A stretch of 64,000 nt of DNA from a virus (taxonomy: Duplodnaviria > Heunggongvirae > Uroviricota > Caudoviricetes). Each line of letters starts with the position of its first letter. Position 1 is the first letter of the stretch. The position numbers were made by a program, and so were the translations under genes. The stretch lies in IMG/VR virus record IMGVR_UViG_3300042890_002891, positions 1-64,000 of that record, one strand, 5' to 3'. The notes below the pieces were generated by a model. That model worked only from the letters and a program-made list of their open reading frames with translations. It was not told where the DNA came from and made no database searches. Of the stretch, positions 44,396-53,375 are shown one piece after another.

Positions 44396-45729
44396 ATGAT
44401 TTAGAATTTAAACGCACAGTGCTAGACCCACTGAGTGAGAGTTTTTGTGCAGCGAAATGGTACAATGCTACCATTTGGTTAGGAAGTGGACAGACCACAA
44501 GTTGTCATCACCCGCCAGCCCATTTGGTCGACAAAGATAAAGTCAGTATCAACCCTAGGCTGCTGCACAATACTGATCAGAAGAAAGACGACCGTCGCCG
44601 GATGATTGCAGGCGAGCGTCCTGCAGGTTGCGAATACTGCTGGAAGATCGAAGACATGGGTCGAGATGCTGTGAGCGACCGCGTATACAAAAGCAAGATT
44701 TATCCTATTACCACACTGAAAGAAGCATATGAAACTCCACCAGATCAAGACGTTAATTTACGCACTCTTGAAATCGCCTTTGACCGCACTTGTCAGTTTG
44801 CTTGTAGTTATTGTAACCCTGCTTTCAGTAGCACCTGGGTACGAGATATTAAAAATAATGGCCCGTACATAGGATTGGTTAGTGATGGTCGTAATCACTT
44901 TACGCATGGGCATGATAGCTCACAACTGTATAGCTTTAATGAAACTAATCCCTATGTCGAAGCGTTCTTTAAGTGGTGGGAAACGGATCTACATAAAACA
45001 CTCCAGGAGCTGAGAATAACAGGTGGTGAACCGCTAATGTCGGGTTATACCTGGAAGCTGATTGACTGGTTCAAACAGAACCAAGGTCGCAGCACAACCC
45101 GGTTGGCTATCAATTCAAACCTAGGCTTTGATTCACACAAACTACAGGAGTTTGTCACAGCAATTGAATCATTGCCGCATGTGGAACTTTACACATCCAT
45201 GGAAGCGGTGGGTACTCAAGCTGAATACATTCGTGACGGTCTGGACTATGCTCAGTGGTTGGCCAATGTACACACTCTGTTACAGAGTCGTGCAGTAAAA
45301 ACTCTGCATGTGATGTGTACTATAAATGCCTTGTGCCTGAACAGCTTGCCCGAGTTGCTGAATCAACTCATGGATCTAAAACGATTGTATGGTCGCGATC
45401 AAGTGAGCTTTACCTTGAATATTCTACGCTTTCCCAGCTTTCAGTCAGCCCTGGTGTTGCCCGAAGATATTCGCACCGGCTATAGAGTTGTGCTGGAAGA
45501 ATGGCTGTACAAGAATCGTGCCAACCCGTGGCTGCATGAGCATGAAGTAAATCACACACAGCGTCTGATTGATTACCTAGATGTGGTCAAGACACCGCAC
45601 TCGGACGCTTTTGAACAGCCCAAACTGCTGAATGACTTCCGTGAATTCTATTCTCAATACAACGGCCGCAGAGACAAGAACTTTGGCGCCGCATTTCCTA
45701 AATTAGCCGCATGGTATGACACATTATGA
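44392..45729 (+). CDS. Radical SAM protein with N-terminal Cys/His auxiliary domain
   Basis: CAAKW..SCHHPPAH..CEYCW, then CQFACSYC, TGGEP. Confidence 0.88.
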   Translation: MNDLEFKRTVLDPLSESFCAAKWYNATIWLGSGQTTSCHHPPAHLVDKDKVSINPRLLHNTDQKKDDRRRMIAGERPAGCEYCWKIEDMGRDAVSDRVYKSKIYPITTLKEAYETPPDQDVNLRTLEIAFDRTCQFACSYCNPAFSSTWVRDIKNNGPYIGLVSDGRNHFTHGHDSSQLYSFNETNPYVEAFFKWWETDLHKTLQELRITGGEPLMSGYTWKLIDWFKQNQGRSTTRLAINSNLGFDSHKLQEFVTAIESLPHVELYTSMEAVGTQAEYIRDGLDYAQWLANVHTLLQSRAVKTLHVMCTINALCLNSLPELLNQLMDLKRLYGRDQVSFTLNILRFPSFQSALVLPEDIRTGYRVVLEEWLYKNRANPWLHEHEVNHTQRLIDYLDVVKTPHSDAFEQPKLLNDFREFYSQYNGRRDKNFGAAFPKLAAWYDTL

Positions 45730-47441
45730 CCTTGAATGAAAAAATAACAGAATTACAATCTCAGTACGATGTATTGGCCGTGATTGATCTTGACCCTTGG
45801 CATGATTTAAATATCTATAATAAAAAGCCCTGGATGATAAAAACAGTTCAATCGGTACATAGAGATTATTATGATACCACTCAACGAATATTATTTACAA
45901 TGTCGCGTGGTGACATATATGAAGATGTTGAACAATCGGCAGGGCAATTGCTAACACAACTACAGCACAGACTCAATGACATTGACATATCTAATTTTTT
46001 TGTCATCTTGCTGACCAATGATGTTACTGTGCGCAATGCTTATACGGCTAACTACCAGTCTCTTTCTAAAGATTCAGTCCCTTTTACAATTGAAGTTTAT
46101 ACGGTTGAACACACGGATCGTCGGCCACAAGATAAAATGACCAAAAATATAAAACCAGGCAGTTATCAATACAATTATCTAGGTCCAATGAGAGTTGATA
46201 TAGAAGATCTCACCGAACAAGAACAATTCTTACTGACCAAAAGTTCTACGTTTTGCATGTATCCCTGGATGCATTTTCATGCCTATCCCACTGGAGCAGC
46301 ATATCCATGTTGCCAGGCAGATATGGAATTTTCTATTGGAGACATGAGAAAGAATACTATCAAGGAAATATGGAACCAAGAACCGATAAAAAAAATACGT
46401 AATCAGATGCTGAATGAACAATCTGTTTCGGCGTGTAACAGGTGCTACGAGCAAGAGTCGGCGGGATTTGTCAGTGGAAGAATGAGTGCCAACAAACATC
46501 ACGGACATCTTATCAATCGAGTACATGAAACTGAACCTGATGGAACTCTAGACAGATTTGAGTTGACCTACTGGGACATAAGATTTTCAAATCTCTGTAA
46601 TCTAAGTTGCCGCAGTTGTGGCCATATTTTTTCAAGTTCTTGGTACAAGGATCAAGCCAAACTAGCCGGCCCTGACTGGAAAAAAACACACAAGGTGTTG
46701 AACTATGCTGGTAGATTTGAAACTGATGCATGGGATCAATTAGTGGATCATATTGAGCATGTTGAACAGATCTACTTTGCCGGCGGCGAACCATTGCTCA
46801 TGGAAGAACACTATAAGATTCTAGACGAACTGGTGCGACAAAAAAAGTTCAATGTACGATTAATATACAACACTAATTTCACGCATACCAATCTCAAAGA
46901 TAAGAGTGTATTTGAATATTGGAAATTGTTTGATTCAGTTAGTGTAGGTGCCAGTCTAGACGCTAGCGGTGCTCGCGGTGAATACATACGCAAGGGTACC
47001 AGCTGGACAGTGGTAGAACAAAACCGTCGAAAAATGATTGAAATCTGCCCTGCTGTAGACTTTTATATCAGTCCCACACTCAGCATAATGAATGCTCTAC
47101 ACTTGCCAGACTTTCACAAAGATTGGGTTGCAAAAGGCCTGATTCGAGCACAGGATCTCAATGTAAACATTCTGCAAGATCCTGCACATTACAGAATAGA
47201 CATAGCACCTGCTGAATACAAAGGTATATTGCTAGCCCGATATCGCGAACACATTGAATGGCTTCGCGGGCAAGATCCATTACAGCGAGCCACAGTGGGA
47301 TTCGAATCGGCTATCACCTACATGACAGCCACAGACAACACACACCTACTGGATACATTCTGGCGCAAAACACATGAACTGGATGGTATTCGTAACGAAC
47401 GTATGCTGGACATTATTCCTGAATTGTCGGCACTCAGATGA
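45726..47441 (+). CDS. Radical SAM protein with N-terminal twitch-like domain and an extra ~170-aa N-terminal domain
   Basis: CMYPW..PCC..CNRC, then CNLSCRSC, AGGEP, YNTN. Confidence 0.88.
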   Translation: MTLNEKITELQSQYDVLAVIDLDPWHDLNIYNKKPWMIKTVQSVHRDYYDTTQRILFTMSRGDIYEDVEQSAGQLLTQLQHRLNDIDISNFFVILLTNDVTVRNAYTANYQSLSKDSVPFTIEVYTVEHTDRRPQDKMTKNIKPGSYQYNYLGPMRVDIEDLTEQEQFLLTKSSTFCMYPWMHFHAYPTGAAYPCCQADMEFSIGDMRKNTIKEIWNQEPIKKIRNQMLNEQSVSACNRCYEQESAGFVSGRMSANKHHGHLINRVHETEPDGTLDRFELTYWDIRFSNLCNLSCRSCGHIFSSSWYKDQAKLAGPDWKKTHKVLNYAGRFETDAWDQLVDHIEHVEQIYFAGGEPLLMEEHYKILDELVRQKKFNVRLIYNTNFTHTNLKDKSVFEYWKLFDSVSVGASLDASGARGEYIRKGTSWTVVEQNRRKMIEICPAVDFYISPTLSIMNALHLPDFHKDWVAKGLIRAQDLNVNILQDPAHYRIDIAPAEYKGILLARYREHIEWLRGQDPLQRATVGFESAITYMTATDNTHLLDTFWRKTHELDGIRNERMLDIIPELSALR

Positions 47442-48208
47442 ATATGTTTGGGTCATCTTATAAAAACTTGCTGGTGTCAGGGTGTAGTTTTACGCATAAC
47501 AATTATCATACTCCGGTTTCATGGGCAAACAATCTAGCACACTGGGCCGGATTAAACATTCACAATTTGGCAATACCAGGGGCTGGCAACACACATATCA
47601 AAAACAGCATTATATTATGGCTTGAACAACACAAACCCAATCCCAAGGACCTATTGATTATGGTCATGTGGAGCGGAATCGAGCGTGTGGATTGGATAAC
47701 TGATCCAACACTTAGCAACTTTAAAAAGGCATACCAATTTACCTATGATTATTCAGACTGCACTGAATTAGTAGTAGGTGGCAATTGGTGGGCAAATCGT
47801 CAAGTATCACTGGTAGAACAAGCTCTTAAAGAATATACAAAATTTCAAAACAATCAAAGTTTGGCATTGACTTCCTGGCTAGCCATGACACAGTTAACTG
47901 ATTATCTCAGACAAAGAGATTATACGTTTTACTACACTGCCTACCAGAATTTATGGTGTGAGGGTGATAAAACCAATCAATGGATCAACTATGGCATAGA
48001 ACTTGAAAAACTTAATCTGATATTAGATAATGCTCCTTGGTTGTTTTTTGATCACAAGCATTTTCTAGGAACATGGGTAAAAACACATAATCATCTGTGG
48101 GAAGATAATCTACATCCTTCACATATAGGACACGAACTATGGTGTCAAGAAGTGTTGATACCGTTGCTGATAGAAAAAAAAGCGTTATATGAACTTACCA
48201 CACAATAA
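47438..48208 (+). CDS. SGNH/GDSL-like acyl hydrolase/transferase
   Basis: SGCSFT block I, GAGN block II, DNLHP block V. Confidence 0.65.
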   Translation: MNMFGSSYKNLLVSGCSFTHNNYHTPVSWANNLAHWAGLNIHNLAIPGAGNTHIKNSIILWLEQHKPNPKDLLIMVMWSGIERVDWITDPTLSNFKKAYQFTYDYSDCTELVVGGNWWANRQVSLVEQALKEYTKFQNNQSLALTSWLAMTQLTDYLRQRDYTFYYTAYQNLWCEGDKTNQWINYGIELEKLNLILDNAPWLFFDHKHFLGTWVKTHNHLWEDNLHPSHIGHELWCQEVLIPLLIEKKALYELTTQ

Positions 48209-49403
48209 ATTTTGTATATTACCTTGGATCAGCTTAGAAGCTAGTCCAATTGGCACTGTGCGACCTTGCTGCCTAGCCGATGACGAAATTTTGGACAACA
48301 ACGGAAACAAGTTTGAATTATCTACTGCCAATTTTGTTGACATACAAACCAGTGATCACATGCGTGATTTACGCATTAAATTCTTAGCAGGGAGCCGGCC
48401 CGAAACATGTAGAAAATGTTGGAATGAAGAAGATGCAGGACGCAAATCAAAACGAATGCATACCCTAGATCGCCTTAAACACTCTTTAAGAGATGAGCCC
48501 TGGACTACAGATGCCAGGCCATTGATGTTCCTGGATCTCAAACTGGGCAACATCTGCAATTTAAAATGTCGCATATGCGGTCCCTGGAGTTCAAGTCAGT
48601 TTGCCACAGAAGAATTGAACTTCATGCCGCGGGCAGAACAAAAAAGTTCTCATGCATATCAAATGCTGCGAGCCGGTGCCTGGCCCCGAGAAAATGAACA
48701 ATTCTGGAGCCAGATTGACAGTGTGCTAACAGACATACGCTATATAGAATTCACCGGTGGCGAGCCCTTTATGATCGCTGAACACTTTGCAATGCTGCAA
48801 GGTATTGTGGATCGCGGAATTGCACATCAAGTTGAAATTCATTACAACACAAATGGTACTCAATATCCAGAAAAGGCGCATGAAATATGGCGTCATTTCA
48901 AAACAGTAGAAATTGCATTCTCAATTGATGACCTGAATCAACGCTTTGAATATCAGCGCACCAATGCTGTGTGGACTGAAGTGTGTGACAATCTACAACG
49001 CTTTAGACAACTGCGCACACAATATCCCAACATTCAACTACAGTGTTGCTCAACTGTGAATGTGTTCAATGTGCGTTACATAGATCAGCTGGCCTGGTGG
49101 ATCCAGGATCAGAAATTTAATTATGTGTACTGGAATATCATGCACGATGCCTGGTACTTTAGTATCTCTACTCTGCCAGATTCAGCTAAAACTGCTATCA
49201 CACACTATTTGAAATTTAATGCTGGACCGGCCCGCTACCAACAAGATATCAATGGTGTGATTGATTTCATGAATCATGGAGCCAGCACAGATGGGGTTAT
49301 GCTGAGATCAAATATAGCAGATCTGGACCGCAAAAGAAATCAAGACTTTGCTGTGATCTGTCCCGAAATGGCTCAGTTGATTGAGTACAAGTTCAATGGC
49401 TAA
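48189..49403 (+). CDS. Radical SAM protein with N-terminal twitch-like domain
   Basis: CILPW..PCC..CRKC, then CNLKCRIC, TGGEP, YNTNG. Confidence 0.88.
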   Translation: MNLPHNKFCILPWISLEASPIGTVRPCCLADDEILDNNGNKFELSTANFVDIQTSDHMRDLRIKFLAGSRPETCRKCWNEEDAGRKSKRMHTLDRLKHSLRDEPWTTDARPLMFLDLKLGNICNLKCRICGPWSSSQFATEELNFMPRAEQKSSHAYQMLRAGAWPRENEQFWSQIDSVLTDIRYIEFTGGEPFMIAEHFAMLQGIVDRGIAHQVEIHYNTNGTQYPEKAHEIWRHFKTVEIAFSIDDLNQRFEYQRTNAVWTEVCDNLQRFRQLRTQYPNIQLQCCSTVNVFNVRYIDQLAWWIQDQKFNYVYWNIMHDAWYFSISTLPDSAKTAITHYLKFNAGPARYQQDINGVIDFMNHGASTDGVMLRSNIADLDRKRNQDFAVICPEMAQLIEYKFNG

Positions 49404-50295
49404 ACTGGTATTGCAACCGGAACAATTTACCAGTTTTACAAGCTGGTATCTGGAACCGTTGTGGCAAGAATATTTCAATATTGAGACTTACGATGAATCT
49501 AAGACCTACAGTAAAAATTCATTGTTTGTGTTCTGGTGGATGAATGCTCGAGACCCATTGGCAAATCAACTGTTGAATCGAGGTTATAAAGTTATTGTTG
49601 ATAATTTATGGGAAGAGCCTAATACTTCATTTGCCCGGTTTTATCAACTGTCAAACGCAAACTGGTTCAGATGGAACGAAGCATTATGGTGGCAAGCTCT
49701 AGGATATCATCAATACAGCGCAGAAAAAACCTATAAAAAAATTGCATTGATGCCCATACACAGAGTTAGTCCACGTCGTGACCGAATTGTTGAAGAATTA
49801 CATCCCTGGCTAGAACACATGTTGTGGAGTTACAAAAATAACAGACTGCCCAATGATGAATATACCATTGACAATTTAGACGTTAATCAACGTTTTATGA
49901 ATCCGCAATGGTATAATGATACCTGTATAAATTTAGTAGTGGAAACTGCCCAGCATGGTCAACTTTTTCGTCTGACAGATAAAACCTACAAGTCATGTGC
50001 TTTTTATCAGCCCATGTTGATAATAGGGCAATCAGATTCGTTGACATTTCTAAGAGACCAAGGGTTTGAAACATTTGATAATATATTTGACGAAAGCTAT
50101 GATCAGGAATCTAATTTTGAAAAAAGATTAAAACTAGTGATAGAAAATCTAAGTCTAGTCACACAGGAGCCATATTCTCCAATTACCTGGCAAAAACTAC
50201 AGCACAATCACAATCATTTTTTCAATGAACAATTATGTAAACAAGGTATAATAACACAAATCATTGAACCTCTAATAGAATATGCAGAATCTTGA
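49396..50295 (+). CDS. GT10-like putative glycosyltransferase (copy 3)
   Basis: LVVET..LTDKTYK..QP..GFETF..DESYD; start taken at ATG 49396. Confidence 0.5.
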   Translation: MAKLVLQPEQFTSFTSWYLEPLWQEYFNIETYDESKTYSKNSLFVFWWMNARDPLANQLLNRGYKVIVDNLWEEPNTSFARFYQLSNANWFRWNEALWWQALGYHQYSAEKTYKKIALMPIHRVSPRRDRIVEELHPWLEHMLWSYKNNRLPNDEYTIDNLDVNQRFMNPQWYNDTCINLVVETAQHGQLFRLTDKTYKSCAFYQPMLIIGQSDSLTFLRDQGFETFDNIFDESYDQESNFEKRLKLVIENLSLVTQEPYSPITWQKLQHNHNHFFNEQLCKQGIITQIIEPLIEYAES

Positions 50296-50314
50296 ATCAA
50301 GGAAACTAATTTAA

Positions 50315-50971
50315 ATGAAATACAATCGAGTTTTTGCGTTTGGAGACAGTTTTACCTATGGGCATGAATTAAGTGATTGTCCTACTAATAACTGGCCGAC
50401 TCCGAGCAATCTTTCATACGGGGGATTAGTAGCTAATAAGTTATCTGCAGAATATCATTGCCATGCCATAGGAAGCTATGCCAACAACGCAATTTCTAGA
50501 AGAATAATACAAGCACTTCCAATATTAACACAGCATGACATGGTATTAGTTATGTGGACTGCCACTGTGAGACACGAGTTACTTTTACAGGATGAAGGGT
50601 GGATAAGTCTTTTGCCAACTAGCACCATGCCAATGTCAATAGAATATTTTAAACACATTGATACAACCCCACAGTATCATATTGACAAGACTTTAAAAGA
50701 AATATACATTTCTCAACAACTTTTAACCTCAGCAGATATACCACATATCTTTATGAGTTCAATGACCGATTTGTCTCAAGGAATACAAAATCAAGAAAAT
50801 TTACTGTCAACAAAACTTGATCTTGACAAATGGATATTTCTTGACAACGGCCTTGGGTTTGTCGAATGGTCAAAAAATATATTAAATCTTCAATTTAGTG
50901 GGCATCCTCGAGATGCCGCCCATGAAGCATTAGCAAAAAAAATACTAGCCAAAATACATGACCAAACCTGA
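50315..50971 (+). CDS. SGNH/GDSL-like acyl hydrolase/transferase
   Basis: FGDSFTYG block I; C-terminal GHP..AH. Confidence 0.65.
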   Translation: MKYNRVFAFGDSFTYGHELSDCPTNNWPTPSNLSYGGLVANKLSAEYHCHAIGSYANNAISRRIIQALPILTQHDMVLVMWTATVRHELLLQDEGWISLLPTSTMPMSIEYFKHIDTTPQYHIDKTLKEIYISQQLLTSADIPHIFMSSMTDLSQGIQNQENLLSTKLDLDKWIFLDNGLGFVEWSKNILNLQFSGHPRDAAHEALAKKILAKIHDQT

Positions 50972-52247
50972 TTCACTATGCTTGGCCCCCTGGGTCCACA
51001 CCTATCTTTCGCCGCAGACCGAACGCAGAATGTGCTGTGCTTCGCGAGAGCCTGCACAGAATTTTGCGCAGTACATAGACACAGCCGCAGGCACAGGACG
51101 GTATATTCCCATCACACTAGAGCAACACTGGAATGGTGAACACATGCGAAGTGTGCGCAGACGCATGCTAGCTGGAGAAACCTTGCCCGAGTGCGAAGTG
51201 TGCAATGACCAACTGCTGAACACTGATGTGTACCGCACCTATTTTGAACACCTGTTCCGCCACAAACTGCCCGAAGTAATCAGCAGTACTGCCCCAGACG
51301 GCAGCACCACTATGCAGCCCGTGAGCTGGGATTATCGTTTTAGCAATCTGTGCAACTTCAAGTGTAGAATGTGCGGTGATATGTTGAGCAGCGCCTGGGA
51401 AAGCGAACAGCGTCAGCATAAAATGATTGACTGGACCAATCCCAAGAACGCCTGGATGCAGCCTGAGATTCGCCAAGAGATTGCTGTGTTTCAGGATACT
51501 CAGATTGAAAAAGAATTTTCAGATGCTGTAGAGCAACATCGTGTGGAAGAAGTGTACTGGGTAGGCGGCGAGCCCTTGATGTATGAACAGCACTGGCGCT
51601 ACATGGCTCGTATTGTGGAACTCGATGATGGCCACAGAGTATATGCCAGGTACAATACCAATCTCAGCAGAGTTGACTACGGTGGGCGTAATTTATTTCG
51701 TGATATACTGGCTCACATGCGCGATTGGCAAATATGCGCAAGTCTGGACGGAGTTGAAGCCACAGGAGAATACATTAGAACAGGACTTGACTACGATCAC
51801 TGGCTTGCGAACTTCCGTCAAGGATTAGAGTACAGTTCGCATCCAAGACAAATGCGCATAGACTTTACACTAACTCTACCGGGTATGACACAGGTCCTAG
51901 CGGTACAGCAACTAGCCCAAGAATTGGGTGTGCAACTGCTGGCCAAAGTGGTGTTTAGTTTCAGTCCAGATATCATAATGAGCCCACTGGCATTACCAAG
52001 AGAAATACTGCATCCTTGGCTGGACGAGCTGATTGATGTTACTTCAGGTGCCATGCGTGACGTGCTGGTGCAGTTGAAATCACGTCCCACATTTGACGAA
52101 CAATGGCCAGACACCTATGCTTCGGGTCTTGCAAAAGGCCGGGCATATATGTTACAATTAGAAAGCATACGCAAATCATCAACTTCGATGGCTGATATCC
52201 TGTCAGCAAGACCTGCGGTGCTAGAATGGTGGAACCAACATGCTTGA
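50958..52247 (+). CDS. Radical SAM protein with N-terminal twitch-like domain
   Basis: CLAPW..MCC..CEVC, then CNFKCRMC, VGGEP, YNTN. Confidence 0.88.
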   Translation: MTKPDSLCLAPWVHTYLSPQTERRMCCASREPAQNFAQYIDTAAGTGRYIPITLEQHWNGEHMRSVRRRMLAGETLPECEVCNDQLLNTDVYRTYFEHLFRHKLPEVISSTAPDGSTTMQPVSWDYRFSNLCNFKCRMCGDMLSSAWESEQRQHKMIDWTNPKNAWMQPEIRQEIAVFQDTQIEKEFSDAVEQHRVEEVYWVGGEPLMYEQHWRYMARIVELDDGHRVYARYNTNLSRVDYGGRNLFRDILAHMRDWQICASLDGVEATGEYIRTGLDYDHWLANFRQGLEYSSHPRQMRIDFTLTLPGMTQVLAVQQLAQELGVQLLAKVVFSFSPDIIMSPLALPREILHPWLDELIDVTSGAMRDVLVQLKSRPTFDEQWPDTYASGLAKGRAYMLQLESIRKSSTSMADILSARPAVLEWWNQHA

Positions 52248-53277
52248 TACTATACGGATGGACCTGAGAAGCACTGACGATCAAGTGATGTCAGTGTACA
52301 TTGATGTAGAGGATAACAGTCTCTCACGCAAATGGTTGGCAGCATTGAATCAGTTGATTCAGAATCAGAATCATCTAGAAAAGAATTACTGTTGGATAGG
52401 ATGGGCAAACAGCAAACGTGATCCAGAATACATCTGTACACAAATTAATCGCAGCATACATGCTGTTAATTCAGCAGGTCTAGGATATGTTATAAAAGAC
52501 TTTTTCACTCCTGCCAACACAATTGATATCAATCTTGGTATTAATCATGCCCACATGAATCAATTACACAGATATTTTGAAGACCTTCAAGGGGTATCGG
52601 GCGCAATGAGTCCGTATTACACAGCCGCAGATGATACAACTCGTTGGCACATACGTCAGTTGAATTTGCTGTGTCATGAACTAGAAAGTCTGGTATTAAG
52701 CATTCGCAAGTTAAAAACTGCTCCTGTATGGCAGCGACCATCGCAACTGATGTGTTGGCTGCAAGCACCACGTTTTGAATTAGATGCTGAAGATTATGAA
52801 TTGTTCGGAATAGAAACAATAAATCGATCTTTGGGCGGTGTGTATGCGGGAGTAAACAAAGCTGTGGGTAAACATCATTGGGAAGTGTTCACAGACGAAG
52901 GCCGAGACAGTCGTGTGAATGAACTGGTAACCAGTACACTTAGATCACAAACTCAAGCAGCCGGCGATTTTGATATAGAATGGGCCAATGATCCGGGTGC
53001 ATTTCCGTGGCAGATTTTGGCACTCAAAGAATTTCGCGAATGGTTAGTGGCCAACGGCTTTGATCCTGAAGATAAAAGTTTGACAATTGGCCATCCTAAG
53101 GTAGCACAAGTGGATCTTGTGCGCAGCTTTGGCACAACAGATTATGAAAAAATATGGTCGCAGTTATACAAGCACCAGGATGTGCATAGAATAAGTACTA
53201 GCACCGCTACTGCAACATACGAATATCACTGGAATGATCCAGACTATGATCTACAACAAATAAGGAAATTGAAATGA
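52240..53277 (+). CDS. Hypothetical protein
   Basis: 345-aa ORF overlapping both neighbours; LHRYFE..LNLLCHELE pattern; no family recognised. Confidence 0.7.
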   Translation: MLDTIRMDLRSTDDQVMSVYIDVEDNSLSRKWLAALNQLIQNQNHLEKNYCWIGWANSKRDPEYICTQINRSIHAVNSAGLGYVIKDFFTPANTIDINLGINHAHMNQLHRYFEDLQGVSGAMSPYYTAADDTTRWHIRQLNLLCHELESLVLSIRKLKTAPVWQRPSQLMCWLQAPRFELDAEDYELFGIETINRSLGGVYAGVNKAVGKHHWEVFTDEGRDSRVNELVTSTLRSQTQAAGDFDIEWANDPGAFPWQILALKEFREWLVANGFDPEDKSLTIGHPKVAQVDLVRSFGTTDYEKIWSQLYKHQDVHRISTSTATATYEYHWNDPDYDLQQIRKLK

Positions 53278-53375
53278 CCTGGCTAAAGAACTTATGGGCA
53301 AGAATTACCCTGGAATATCGTTACCGAAAGAAATTAAAAGAATTGAGAAAGCGTGATCCTTTTATCTATAAATGA
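53274..53375 (+). CDS. 33-aa basic microprotein (MTWLKNLWARITLEYRYRKKLKELRKRDPFIYK), absent from the ORF track
   Basis: ATGA overlaps with both the upstream stop and the carbamoyltransferase start. Confidence 0.65.
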   Translation: MTWLKNLWARITLEYRYRKKLKELRKRDPFIYK

